A stretch of DNA of 64,000 bases, taken from NCBI GenBank assembly GCA_964371055.1, contig CAYJLF010000004.1, positions 3,993 through 67,992 of the forward strand. Reading direction: 5' to 3'. How positions within the stretch are numbered: the first letter of the stretch is position 1; every line of letters starts with the position of its first letter. The DNA is from an uncultured bacterium. Its GTDB lineage: Bacteria; Eisenbacteria; RBG-16-71-46; CAIMUX01. This document shows, piece after piece, positions 1-8,983 of this stretch. A program made the position numbers and the translations under genes. The notes beneath the pieces were generated by a model, which was given only the letters and a program-made list of their open reading frames with translations, was not told the DNA's origin and did no database searches.

Positions 1-648
1 GAGAGAACGCTCGTGCAGGCGCGCCTGGCTCGAGAGACGGGCGCCGATGGCTTGCTCGTCGTGACGCCTTACTACAACAAGCCGACGCAGGCCGGTCTGG
101 AGGCGCACTTTCGACGCGTGGCCACCGAGGGGGGGCTGCCGGTCTGCCTCTACAACGTTCCGGGGCGCACCGGCGTCAACCTCCTGCCGGATACTGTGCG
201 GCGGCTGGCGGAGCATCCCGGCGTGGTGGCGGTGAAAGAGGCCTCGGGATCGCTCGATCAGGTCAGCGAGATCTGCCGGGACGTGCCGATCACGCTCCTC
301 TCCGGCGACGACTCGCTCACTTTGCCGATGCTCGCGGTCGGGGCGAAGGGCGTGATCAGCGTCGTCGGCAACCTGACCCCTGGGCCGCTGCAGCAGATGC
401 TCCGGGCCTTCGCCGCCGCGGAGGTCGAAGAGGCACGCCGGCTCCACCGCGCGCTTTTCCCGCTGGCGCGCGTGCTCTTCATCGAAAGCAATCCGGGACC
501 GATCAAGCACGCCCTCGCGCGCGTGGGCTTGATCGGCGGAGAGCTGCGCCTGCCGCTCGTGCCGGTCTCTGCCGCCTCGGCCGCGCGGATCGACGCGGTG
601 GTCGACGCGTTGCCGGCCGCGTGGCTGCCGGCCGGGTCACGGCCGTGA
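1..648 (+). CDS. dapA: 4-hydroxy-tetrahydrodipicolinate synthase (dihydrodipicolinate synthase), 5'-truncated at window edge
   Basis: The translation has a DapA-family C-terminal half ('VVTPYYNKPTQAGL', 'LYNVPGRTG', 'AVKEASG'). The frame is open from nt 1. It is followed by dapB. Confidence 0.85.
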   Translation, partial: ERTLVQARLARETGADGLLVVTPYYNKPTQAGLEAHFRRVATEGGLPVCLYNVPGRTGVNLLPDTVRRLAEHPGVVAVKEASGSLDQVSEICRDVPITLLSGDDSLTLPMLAVGAKGVISVVGNLTPGPLQQMLRAFAAAEVEEARRLHRALFPLARVLFIESNPGPIKHALARVGLIGGELRLPLVPVSAASAARIDAVVDALPAAWLPAGSRP

Positions 649-1454
649 GCTCTCGATCGCCGGGGCAACCGTTGCGCGTCGCGGTCGTCGGGGCGGCCGG
701 TCGGATGGGAACGCTCCTCGTGCGCGCGATCGAGGCGGCGCCCGACCTCGTGCTGGCGGCGCGGATCGACGTGCGGGGCGGGACCGAGGCCGGGATCGCG
801 CCCGGCTTCACGCCGGGCCCCTTCGCGTTCGCCGGCGGAGCGATCGACCTCGCGGTCGAGTTCACCCGCGGCGATGCGCCGGCCCGGATCGGACCGGAAA
901 TCGAGAAGCTCGGCTGTGCCTGGCTGAGTGGCACGACGGCACTGACCGATGCGTCCCGGGCCGCCCTCGAGTCGGCGGCGCGAACGGTCCCGGTCCTCTG
1001 GTCGCCAAACATGAGCCTGGGTGTGGCGGTCCTGAGTCGACTGGTCGAGGAGGCCGCGCGACTCCTCCCCGCGGAGTGGGAGTTGGAGATTGTGGAGACT
1101 CACCACGCCGCCAAGCTCGACGCGCCGAGCGGGACGGCGCTCGCGCTCTCGGAGAGCTGGACGAAGCGCCGGGGCGGAACGGTGGTGCACGGGAGGAGCG
1201 GGTTCCCCGGTCCGCGGCCGCCGGGAGAGGTCGGGATCCATGCCGTCCGGCTGCCGGCCGGAATCGGCGAACATCGGCTCTGCCTGGGCGCCCAGGCGGA
1301 AACCCTGGAGCTGAACCACCGGGCGATCGATCGAGGGGTCTTCGTTGGGGGGGCGCTGACCGCCCTGCGTTGGCTGGCGGAAAAGCCGGCGGGTCTCTAC
1401 GCGATGCGGGACTGGGTCACCGATCGGCTCGGCTCTGACGGCGCGGGAAGCTGA
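645..1454 (+). CDS. dapB: 4-hydroxy-tetrahydrodipicolinate reductase
   Basis: N-terminal Rossmann motif 'VAVVGAAGRMG' and the DapB signature 'HHAAKLDAPSGTA'. A GTG at 645 overlaps the dapA stop as GTGA. The track gives an alternative upstream GTG at 621. Confidence 0.85.
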   Translation: MSSRSPGQPLRVAVVGAAGRMGTLLVRAIEAAPDLVLAARIDVRGGTEAGIAPGFTPGPFAFAGGAIDLAVEFTRGDAPARIGPEIEKLGCAWLSGTTALTDASRAALESAARTVPVLWSPNMSLGVAVLSRLVEEAARLLPAEWELEIVETHHAAKLDAPSGTALALSESWTKRRGGTVVHGRSGFPGPRPPGEVGIHAVRLPAGIGEHRLCLGAQAETLELNHRAIDRGVFVGGALTALRWLAEKPAGLYAMRDWVTDRLGSDGAGS

Positions 1455-1473
1455 GGTGGGGAGAGAAAACGAC

Positions 1474-1498
1474 CGGCGCCCCGAGCCGCGAGGCGCCG
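1474..1498. terminator. GC-rich hairpin between convergent dapB and rpsT, a candidate bidirectional terminator
   Basis: Perfect 7-bp inverted repeat cggcgcc-N11-ggcgccg at 1474-1498. It is followed by the direct repeat 'tcatccttgaac' x2. It lies between the 3' ends of dapB (+) and rpsT (-). Confidence 0.4.
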
Positions 1499-1555
1499 AT
1501 CATCCTTGAACGCGGTCATCCTTGAACCACGATGCGAACGAGGCGGGAGAAGCGA

Positions 1556-1813
1556 TCAGGCCGAGGCGCGGTTGACGGCCTTGGCGAGCCGCGACTTCAT
1601 CCGGTCGACCTTCTTGTGGTGAAGCACTCCCTTGCGCGAGGCGTTGTCGAGGACCGAATGAGTCTGACGCAGCTCGGTGGCCGCCGTCTCCTCGCCCAGG
1701 GCGTTCCGCAGCTTCTTCACCGCGCCGCGCACCTGCGACTTCACCGCGCGGTTACGGTTCTTGTCGCGCTCGTTCGTCCGCATCCGCTTCTTCGCGGAAG
1801 CATGCTGGGGCAT
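1556..1813 (-). CDS. rpsT: 30S ribosomal protein S20
   Basis: 85-aa basic protein 'SAKKRMRTNERDKNRNRAVKSQVRGAVKK...' typical of S20. RBS AGGAGAG lies upstream. The leader is AT-richer. Confidence 0.9.
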   Translation of the reverse strand: MPQHASAKKRMRTNERDKNRNRAVKSQVRGAVKKLRNALGEETAATELRQTHSVLDNASRKGVLHHKKVDRMKSRLAKAVNRASA

Positions 1814-1995
1814 CGATCACTCTCCTCTGCCTTGGTTAGAACTTCTGCCTTGATAAGAACGGACTGCCTGTTTGGACCTGGCGTCCGGCTTGAACCGGAC
1901 TGGATCGCTTGCGGCACTGCCTCTGCCGTTTTGCCGCGCCGCACGCCGGCCGCCCGCGGGGAGCGGCCGAGCCGACCCCGTTGGGAGGACGCAAA

Positions 1996-3648
1996 GTGGC
2001 ACTGAACTTACCATCGCCCGGGCAGAGCCGTCAAGGGGTGCCGCGCGGCTGGCGGTGGGGGGCGGCGGTGGCGGCCGGGCTCTTCCAGGCGGCCGCCTTC
2101 CCGCCGCTGGGGGCCGCCCCGCTCGCGTGGGTGGCGCTTCTGCCGTTGATCTACGCCTGCAATGCCCCGCCGGCGCCCGGCGAGGTCCCCTCCACCCTCC
2201 GCCAGCGATTCCTGCTGGGGCTGACGGCGCAGGGGGTCTTCTTCTTCGCCCTCCTCCATTGGATCCTCTTCCTGCCGAACGATGAGGTGACGATTCCGGG
2301 ACTCATGGTGCCGGCTCTGCTCTTCCTGTCGGGCTACCTGGCGCTCTTCTTCGGCCTGGCGTGTGCCCTCCCCGCCGTCCTGGAACGCAGGGCAGGGGTG
2401 CCGGCGGCGGTCAGCTTCCCGATCCTCTGGACTCTGGCCGACGCGCTGCGGTCGTCCGGAACGCTCGCCTTCCCCTGGGGATCGCTCGGCTACGCGCTGG
2501 CCGGACAGCCGGCCGCGATCCAGCTCGTCGCATGGACCGGTTTCTGGGGACTGACCCTGCAGATCGCCTCCGTCAACGCGTTCCTCTATGCGGCGGTCCG
2601 CGCGTGGGAGTCGGGAAGCCGCTCCGCGGCGGCCCGTCGCTTCGCCGGAGCCGCCTTGACGCTCGGGATCCCCGTGGCCATCGGCGCGAGCCTGCTCACC
2701 GGCGCGACGGAGACGATGGACGGAGCGCATCGCTTTGCGCTCGTGCAGGCCAACACCCCCCGGGAGGTCAAGTGGAAGGAAGGATACGAGGGGATCGTGA
2801 TCGGGGATCTCCTCGCGCGCACGCGGGAGGCCGCGCGACATGAGCCCGACCTGGTCGTCTGGCCGGAGACGGCGGCGCCCGTTCTGATCCTTTGGCGGCC
2901 CGAGCTGGCCGACAGCGTCAGCCGGACGGTTCGCGAGCTCGGTCATTGGGTGCTGGTCGGAACGCTCGACGCCCGGATCCTGCCGGACCGCTCGGTGGAG
3001 AGCTACAACGCGGCGATCCTCTACGATCCACGCGGGATCCCGGTGCAGCGGTACTACAAAGTGCGCCTCGTCCCTTTCAGCGAGCGGATGCCGTTCACCC
3101 GCCGCCTGCCGTGGCTCAATGCGCTCAACTTCGGCCAGTCGGACTTTTCGCCCGGGCGGGAGCCGAACCTCTTCGAGGCGGGCGGAACGCGGTTCTCGGT
3201 CCTGATCTGCTTCGAGTCGATCTTCCCGGAACTGGCGCGGCGGTGGGTGGCCGGCGGATCGCGATACCTGGTCAACATCACGAACGACTTCTGGTTCGGA
3301 CGGAGCGCCGGACCGGTGCAGCACGCCGACATGGCGATTCTGCGCGCGGTCGAGAACCGCACGCCGTTGGTGCGCTGCGCCAACAGCGGGATCAGCTTCG
3401 TCGTCGATCCGTGGGGGCGGGTCTCCCATCGCACCGGGCTCTTCGTCGAGGCTCTGCCGGTGGTGGAGGTCGGCCCCGGGCGCGGGGGGACGTTCTACAC
3501 CCGATACGGGGACTGGCTGCTCTGGGTGCTCCTCGCCTCGGCCCTGCTCATGTTTGTGACCGCAGCGCGCACGATAAGATTGCCCTTCGTCGGTCGCCGG
3601 CATCACAATCGCCGTCGCGGGCCGTCCGCCGGAGGGGAGGAGACGTGA
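1996..3648 (+). CDS. lnt: apolipoprotein N-acyltransferase
   Basis: Multi-TM N-terminus ('LAWVALLPLIYA') plus a CN-hydrolase domain ('VVWPETA', 'LICFESIFPE'). The likely GTG start at 1996 has a GGGAGG RBS. The track ORF extends to 1909. Confidence 0.8.
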   Translation: MALNLPSPGQSRQGVPRGWRWGAAVAAGLFQAAAFPPLGAAPLAWVALLPLIYACNAPPAPGEVPSTLRQRFLLGLTAQGVFFFALLHWILFLPNDEVTIPGLMVPALLFLSGYLALFFGLACALPAVLERRAGVPAAVSFPILWTLADALRSSGTLAFPWGSLGYALAGQPAAIQLVAWTGFWGLTLQIASVNAFLYAAVRAWESGSRSAAARRFAGAALTLGIPVAIGASLLTGATETMDGAHRFALVQANTPREVKWKEGYEGIVIGDLLARTREAARHEPDLVVWPETAAPVLILWRPELADSVSRTVRELGHWVLVGTLDARILPDRSVESYNAAILYDPRGIPVQRYYKVRLVPFSERMPFTRRLPWLNALNFGQSDFSPGREPNLFEAGGTRFSVLICFESIFPELARRWVAGGSRYLVNITNDFWFGRSAGPVQHADMAILRAVENRTPLVRCANSGISFVVDPWGRVSHRTGLFVEALPVVEVGPGRGGTFYTRYGDWLLWVLLASALLMFVTAARTIRLPFVGRRHHNRRRGPSAGGEET

Positions 3649-4964
3649 CGAACAAGCCGGAACAGCCGGGACCAACGGGAGAGCCTTCAGCGTCATCCGG
3701 TCGCGACGACGCGACGCGCGTGATGTACCGCCTGCGCCTCAAGCCGGGACGGGAGCGATCGCTGCGACTGCGCCATCCGTGGGTCTTCACCGGCGCCGTC
3801 GACGAGGTCGAGGAACTGCCGGGCGCGTCGCCCGGTGACCTCGGCGACGTCGTCGATCATCGTGGCGCGTTTCTCGGCCGCGGCACGGTCCAGCCCGAAA
3901 GCCAGATCCTCTGTCGGATCCTCTCCTTCCAACCTTCCGCGATCGATGAGGCGTTTTTCGAGGAGCGGATCCGAAACGCCGCCGCGCTGCGCCGCTCGCT
4001 CTTCGAGGAAGGTGCGACGAATTCGTGGCGCGCGGTCAACTCGGAGGGAGACGCGATACCCGGCCTGGTCGTCGACCGTTACGGCGACTTCCTCGCGGCG
4101 CAGACGCTCACCTCCGGGATGCTCCACCTTCGCCCGCTCTGGCTCCCGGTCCTCGGTCGCGTCTTCGAGCCGCGCGGGATCATCGAGCGGGGCGAACGGG
4201 CCCGTCGCGAGCAGGTGGAGGAGACCCCTGCCGCGTCGCGGGTCCTGGCGGGAGAGGCGCCGCCCCCCTGGCTGGAGATCCGCGAGGAGGGACTGCCGTT
4301 TCTGATCGACCTGGAGTCTGGGCAGAAGACGGGGTTCTACCTGGATCAGCGGGCGAACCGTTCGTCCGTGCGTCGTCACGCCGCGGATCGCGACGTATTG
4401 AACCTCTTCGGATACAGCGGCGCGTTCTCGGTCTGCGCGGGAGTCGGCGGCGCCCGCCACGTGGTGCAGGTGGAGACCTCGGCGCCGGCGCGGGAGCTGA
4501 CGAGGCGCAACTGGGAGAGGAACGGGCTCGATCCGGCCCGGCTGGAGCTGGCGGCGGAGGATGTCTTCCGTTTCGTCCGTCATGACACGCGCCAGTACGA
4601 TCTTCTCGTGCTCGATCCCCCCCCGTTCGCGAAGGACCGCAGTTCGCTCGATCGCGCCACCCGCGCCTACAAGGATCTCCATCTCTGGTCGTTCTGCCGC
4701 GCGCGCGCCGGGGCGCTCATCTGGAGCTACTCCTGTTCGCAGCAGGTCACGCTCGACCTGTTCCAGAAGATCGTCTTCGGCGCGTCCCTCGATTGCGGGG
4801 CCGAGGTGCAGATGCTGGGGCGGCTGACCGCCGGGCCTGATCATCCGATCCACCTCGATCATCCGCAGGGGGAGTATCTGAAGGGGCTCTGGTTGCGCGT
4901 TCTGCGGCCCGGCACGCCGGGCCTGCCGCCCCGCCGGCCGAGCGGTCCTCGCACCGAAGGATGA
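3645..4964 (+). CDS. rlmI: class I SAM-dependent rRNA methyltransferase (RlmI-like, PUA + MTase)
   Basis: 'YRLRLKPGRERSLRLRHPWVF' (PUA-like N-terminus) and 'LNLFGYSGAFSV', 'LVLDPPPFAK' MTase motifs. A GTG start with GGAGGGGAGG RBS overlaps the lnt stop as GTGA. The long upstream track ORF (2892..) was rejected. Confidence 0.75.
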   Translation: MTNKPEQPGPTGEPSASSGRDDATRVMYRLRLKPGRERSLRLRHPWVFTGAVDEVEELPGASPGDLGDVVDHRGAFLGRGTVQPESQILCRILSFQPSAIDEAFFEERIRNAAALRRSLFEEGATNSWRAVNSEGDAIPGLVVDRYGDFLAAQTLTSGMLHLRPLWLPVLGRVFEPRGIIERGERARREQVEETPAASRVLAGEAPPPWLEIREEGLPFLIDLESGQKTGFYLDQRANRSSVRRHAADRDVLNLFGYSGAFSVCAGVGGARHVVQVETSAPARELTRRNWERNGLDPARLELAAEDVFRFVRHDTRQYDLLVLDPPPFAKDRSSLDRATRAYKDLHLWSFCRARAGALIWSYSCSQQVTLDLFQKIVFGASLDCGAEVQMLGRLTAGPDHPIHLDHPQGEYLKGLWLRVLRPGTPGLPPRRPSGPRTEG

Positions 4965-4968
4965 TCCG

Positions 4969-6021
4969 ATGCTGACGCCGGGGCGGGAGCACGGCTACGC
5001 GGTCGCGATCTTCGGCGCGACGGGGGCCGTCGGGCGCACGATGATCGAGCGGTTGGAAGCCTCCCCGATCGGCGTGCGGGAGCTGCGCCTGCTGGCGTCC
5101 TCCCGTTCCGACGGGACCGTCCTTTCGTTCCGCGGGGAGCCCGTGACGGTCCGGGAGGTACGGGCGGAGAGCTTTGATCGCGTCGACGTGGCGCTCTTCT
5201 CGGCGGGAGGCTCGGCCTCCGGAATCTGGGCACCGATCGCCTGCGCGCGCGGGGCGGCGGTCATCGACAACTCCTCGCGTTGGCGGATGGATCCGGCGGT
5301 CCCCCTGATCGTGCCGGAAGTGAACCGCCCGGCGCTGCCGGCCCGGCGCCGGACCGGGACCGATGGGACTCATGGCGCCCTGATCGCGAATCCGAACTGC
5401 TCCACCATCCAGCTGGTCGTCGCGCTGGAGCCGTTGCGACGGCGGTTCGGGCTGCGGCGCGTCTTTGTCGCCACCTATCAATCGGCCTCGGGCCGCGGAG
5501 AGACCGGACGGGCGGCACTGGAGGAGGAGGGGCGCACCGGGGCGCCATCCTCGAACGGGGCGTTTCCGGGCCCGCTGTTCGGCAACGTCCTCCCCCAGGT
5601 CGACGCGATCCTCGACGACGGTTGGACGAGGGAGGAGGAGAAGACGCTCCTCGAGACGCGGAAGATCCTCGGTCAGCCGGAGCTCTGGGTCCACAGCACC
5701 TGCGCGCGCGTGCCGGTCGACGTGGGGCACTCCGAGGCGGTCTTCATCGAGTGCGTGGACGAGGTCGACCTCGAGGAGGCCCGGCGCGCGCTCCGGACGG
5801 CGGAGGGGGTCGTCCTGGTCGATGGGACCGGCCATCCACCCTATCCCACCGCCCTGGGAGCGGCCGGCACCGACGCGGTCTGGGTGGGACGGCTTCGGAC
5901 CGATCGCTCCGACCCGCGCGGGCTGCATCTCTGGGTCGTGGCGGACAACCTGCGCAAGGGCGCCGCGACCAACGCTCTGCAGATCGCCGAGTGCTGGTGG
6001 GCGGACGAGTCGAGCGCGTGA
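4969..6021 (+). CDS. asd: aspartate-semialdehyde dehydrogenase
   Basis: 'IFGATGAVG' NAD(P)-binding motif and the active-site 'NPNCSTI'. Full-length 350 aa. Confidence 0.9.
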   Translation: MLTPGREHGYAVAIFGATGAVGRTMIERLEASPIGVRELRLLASSRSDGTVLSFRGEPVTVREVRAESFDRVDVALFSAGGSASGIWAPIACARGAAVIDNSSRWRMDPAVPLIVPEVNRPALPARRRTGTDGTHGALIANPNCSTIQLVVALEPLRRRFGLRRVFVATYQSASGRGETGRAALEEEGRTGAPSSNGAFPGPLFGNVLPQVDAILDDGWTREEEKTLLETRKILGQPELWVHSTCARVPVDVGHSEAVFIECVDEVDLEEARRALRTAEGVVLVDGTGHPPYPTALGAAGTDAVWVGRLRTDRSDPRGLHLWVVADNLRKGAATNALQIAECWWADESSA

Positions 6022-6830
6022 GCGCTGAGGAGCGCGCGCCGGAGGATGCCCCGTCCTACCGCATCCTCGTGGCCTACGATGGCGGGCCTTACCACGGCTG
6101 GCAGTTCCAGCCGGGCCTGCCGACGGTTCAGGGCGAGCTGGAACGTGCGATCCACGCGATCACCGGTTCAGCGATCCGCGTGCAGGGGGCGGGCCGCACC
6201 GACGCCGGCGTCCACGCGCTCGGCCAGGTGGCCAGTTTCCGGGTGGAAACGCGGATTCCCGCGGAGCGACTCGCGGCCGCGTTGAACGCCCACCTCCCTC
6301 CTTCGATCCGCGTCCTCGCTTCGGCGGCCGCACCGGCTCCGTTCGCCGCGCGTTTCTCCGCCCACTGGCGCGCCTATCGCTATCTCCTCGCGCCGCGGGA
6401 GACGCCCTTCACGCGGGGTCGCGCCGTCGTGCCTCGGGGCTGGCCGGCGCTCGAACCGATGCGCCGCGCGCTGCCGGCGATCCTCGGCGAACACGAATTC
6501 CGCGCTTTCACCACGCAGCCGGACGGACCGTTCGGCTGCCGGGTGCACGAGGCGACGTGGGAGGAATGGGACGAGGGAGTTCTCTTCTCCATCCGGAGCA
6601 ACCGATTCCTCTACCAGATGGTGCGGATCCTGGTCGGGACCTGCCTCGAGATCGGGCGGGGCCGACGCGAGGCGGAGAGCCTGGCGACGCTGCTCGAGGG
6701 GGGGGATCGCCGGGCCGCGGGCCCGCTGGCGCCGGCTGGTGGGCTCTATCTCGCCGCGGTCGGATACGACCCGCCGTGGCCCGACGACTCCCTGCTAGCT
6801 CCGCGGAGCGGCCTCGTCCCTCGGGCCTGA
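6018..6830 (+). CDS. truA: tRNA pseudouridine(38-40) synthase
   Basis: 'ILVAYDGGPYHGWQFQP' and 'GAGRTDAGVHALGQV' with the catalytic Asp in the TruA motif. GTG start overlaps the asd stop as GTGA. Confidence 0.85.
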   Translation: MSAEERAPEDAPSYRILVAYDGGPYHGWQFQPGLPTVQGELERAIHAITGSAIRVQGAGRTDAGVHALGQVASFRVETRIPAERLAAALNAHLPPSIRVLASAAAPAPFAARFSAHWRAYRYLLAPRETPFTRGRAVVPRGWPALEPMRRALPAILGEHEFRAFTTQPDGPFGCRVHEATWEEWDEGVLFSIRSNRFLYQMVRILVGTCLEIGRGRREAESLATLLEGGDRRAAGPLAPAGGLYLAAVGYDPPWPDDSLLAPRSGLVPRA

Positions 6831-7526
6831 ATCGGCGCGCGGGCGCCAGCGCCGATAGCGCCAGAGCGTCTGCAGGGTCTCCCACCCGTCGCGCGCGCGG
6901 ATCTTCTTTCCCTCCGAGAGGTGTCGCGGGTGGTAGAGGATCGGAACTTCCACGATCCGTTCGCCGAGTCGGGCCGCCTTCGCCGTCACCTCCGCGCAGA
7001 ACTCGAACCGCTCGCAGACCAGGTCCATCCGGTCGACGAGTTCGCGCGCGATCAGCTTGTAGCAGGTCGGTTCATCGGTCAGGCGGAGGCGGTAGATGAG
7101 ATTCGCCGCCCAGGTGACGAGGATTCCCCCGAGGTAGAAGGCGAGCGCAGAGTACTGCCGATTCGCCCGATGGAGCCGGCGCGATCCGTAGACGACGCGG
7201 GCTCCCGTGGTGCGGGCCGTCTCCAGCAGCAGGCGGAGGTCGGCCGGTTCGTACTCGAGGTCGGCATCCTGCGGCACGACGAACTCTCCGGTGGCCTGCT
7301 GCAGGGCGGTGCGGAGGGCCGCGCCTTTGCCGCGGTTCTGCGCATGTCGCAGCACGCGCACCCGATCGGCGTAGTTCTGGAGGATCGCGGCGGTTCGATC
7401 GCGCGAGGCATCATCGACGACCACGATCTCCTTCTCGACGCCCAGATCGACTTCGAGGACGCGGTCGAGCAGCGCCGCGATCGTGCGCTCCTCGTTGTAG
7501 ACCGGCACCAGGATGCTCAGGCGCAC
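6795..7526 (-). CDS. GT2-family glycosyltransferase, polyprenyl-phosphate sugar synthase type (DPM1/ArnC/GtrB-like)
   Basis: 'LSILVPVYNEE...VVVDDASRD...DADLE' GT-A DXD-type motifs. Its ~240-aa size is typical of Und-P/Dol-P sugar synthases. It overlaps the upstream GT-C gene by 10 nt. Confidence 0.8.
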   Translation of the reverse strand: MRLSILVPVYNEERTIAALLDRVLEVDLGVEKEIVVVDDASRDRTAAILQNYADRVRVLRHAQNRGKGAALRTALQQATGEFVVPQDADLEYEPADLRLLLETARTTGARVVYGSRRLHRANRQYSALAFYLGGILVTWAANLIYRLRLTDEPTCYKLIARELVDRMDLVCERFEFCAEVTAKAARLGERIVEVPILYHPRHLSEGKKIRARDGWETLQTLWRYRRWRPRADSGPRDEAAPRS

Positions 7527-8779
7527 GAACGTTCCCTCCGGAGAAAGCGCAAGAGCGCATAGCCCGAGAAGAGGAACGAGAGCGCGACCGCGGGTGCGAG
7601 GTAGCGGGCGAACGGGAAGACGAACGCCTGGAAGAGGGTGACGAAGGAGACGAGCAGGAGGGCCGGCCAGGCGCGCGCGAAGGCCGCCGGTTCCCGTCGA
7701 CGGAGCGAGCGGGCCCCCGCGAGGAAGAGGACGAAGAGCGGCAGGTGGACGAGGAGGCTGAGCACGCGCTTCCCGCGCCCCAGGGTCTGGAACCAGGAGA
7801 ACGGAATCCCCACCAGCCCCCGGGCGACGAAGCCGAGCGGATCCCGGCCGATTTCCTGCAGGACGAGATCGCGCGCCACCCGCTCATGCCGGATCGCCTC
7901 ACCGGCGGTCCGGTATGCCTGCGACCGGTCGCCGCCGTAGAGCCGGTCGACCACGATCTGGTGCCGCTGCCGGTCCGCTGCCTGGTCGATCACGCGCAGG
8001 TCTTCCCAGCGCAGCATCCCCTTCGAGCACTGGATGCCGTGGTAGAAAGGGGCCCATCCCCAGGCGGAGACCGGCACGGCGACGCCGGTCAGCCGGTGGT
8101 TGCGCGCCGCCCACGGAGCGATGACGACGAGGGTGGCGACAAGGGCCGGGACCGCCCACCGGAGCGCGTGGCGCGCCCCCGGGCGCATCCTCGCGGGGAG
8201 GTAGAGCAGGAGCGCGAGAAAGGGGGGAAACGCCAGGAGAGTGCCGCGCGTGAGGAGCCCTAGTCCGAAGAAGAGGCCGGCGAGGAATCCGTCGCGCGCC
8301 GAGGCGCGGGCGATCGCGCGCGCCAGGAAGAGGGCGAAAGCCAAAAAGAGCGGGAAGTAGAGGTTCTCGCTGTAGAGCCGGGCCGCGTACTCGATCGCGG
8401 TCAGGTGCACGGCGCCGAGAGAGGCGGCGGCGAGCCCGAGCGTCGGGCCCAACACCCACCGTCCGAGCAGGAAGAGCAGCCAGCAACAGAGTCCCCCCAG
8501 GAGCGCCTGCGCGACCTGGACAGCCGCATAATCGACGCCGGCGAAGCGGAAGATCCCCGCGAGGAAGAAGGGGTACCCAGGCGGGCGCTGCAGGGTCGGG
8601 GGGTGCTCAGGGATCAGCCGGTAACCGAGTCCGTCGTGCAGGTGTTCCGCGATGCGCTCGTAGCCGTCGGTGGTTTCGGTCTCGGGGCGCGTGTCCAGCC
8701 ACGCGCGGGCCACGCCGAAGGCGAAGGTCAGGCGCAGCGCGACAGCCGCCGCGACGATCCACCACAACGTCCGATGCAT
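7517..8779 (-). CDS. GT-C fold glycosyltransferase, ArnT/PMT_2 (GT83/GT39-like) family integral membrane protein
   Basis: Polytopic 420-aa membrane protein. It has an N-terminal periplasmic-loop motif 'TDGYERIAEHL', like the ArnT 'DETRYAEISREML' motif. It sits immediately upstream of, and co-directional with, the GT2 gene. Confidence 0.75.
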   Translation of the reverse strand: MHRTLWWIVAAAVALRLTFAFGVARAWLDTRPETETTDGYERIAEHLHDGLGYRLIPEHPPTLQRPPGYPFFLAGIFRFAGVDYAAVQVAQALLGGLCCWLLFLLGRWVLGPTLGLAAASLGAVHLTAIEYAARLYSENLYFPLFLAFALFLARAIARASARDGFLAGLFFGLGLLTRGTLLAFPPFLALLLYLPARMRPGARHALRWAVPALVATLVVIAPWAARNHRLTGVAVPVSAWGWAPFYHGIQCSKGMLRWEDLRVIDQAADRQRHQIVVDRLYGGDRSQAYRTAGEAIRHERVARDLVLQEIGRDPLGFVARGLVGIPFSWFQTLGRGKRVLSLLVHLPLFVLFLAGARSLRRREPAAFARAWPALLLVSFVTLFQAFVFPFARYLAPAVALSFLFSGYALLRFLRRERSCA

Positions 8780-8983
8780 CCTCTCCCATCCACGACCGGT
8801 ACCTGCGTTCGTTCCGCCGGTCCGAGTATGGCCGACCGCGCGCCGCTCGGGGTCAGGAATCGCGAGGCAGCGCTGGAACGGCTCTTCGACCCGGGCGGCT
8901 TCCGGGGGCCGGGACCGGACCGGGTTCTCTTTCCGCCATCGGCCCTCGTTTGCGCCTTCGCGAGGACCGACTGCGGGGGACGG

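Noticed and set aside
258-1319. 353-aa minus-strand ORF, plus similar antisense ORFs at 2008-3696, 3693-4862, 4747-5928, 24890-26170 and 60333-61973
   Set aside because: All are antisense to well-supported core genes (dapA/dapB, lnt, rlmI, asd, mcsB, uvrC) and have Arg/Pro/Gly-rich low-complexity translations.
2892-3644. Upstream extensions of track ORFs beyond the chosen starts. Examples: 2892 for rlmI, 5280 for truA, 16300 for purL, 20949 for purF, 43652 for the 120-aa hypothetical, 45734 for mutL, 59178 for uvrC, 53993 for surE.
   Set aside because: The extended parts overlap the preceding gene in another frame. They lack homology to the family N-termini. Good internal starts with an RBS or 4-nt overlaps exist at the positions annotated.
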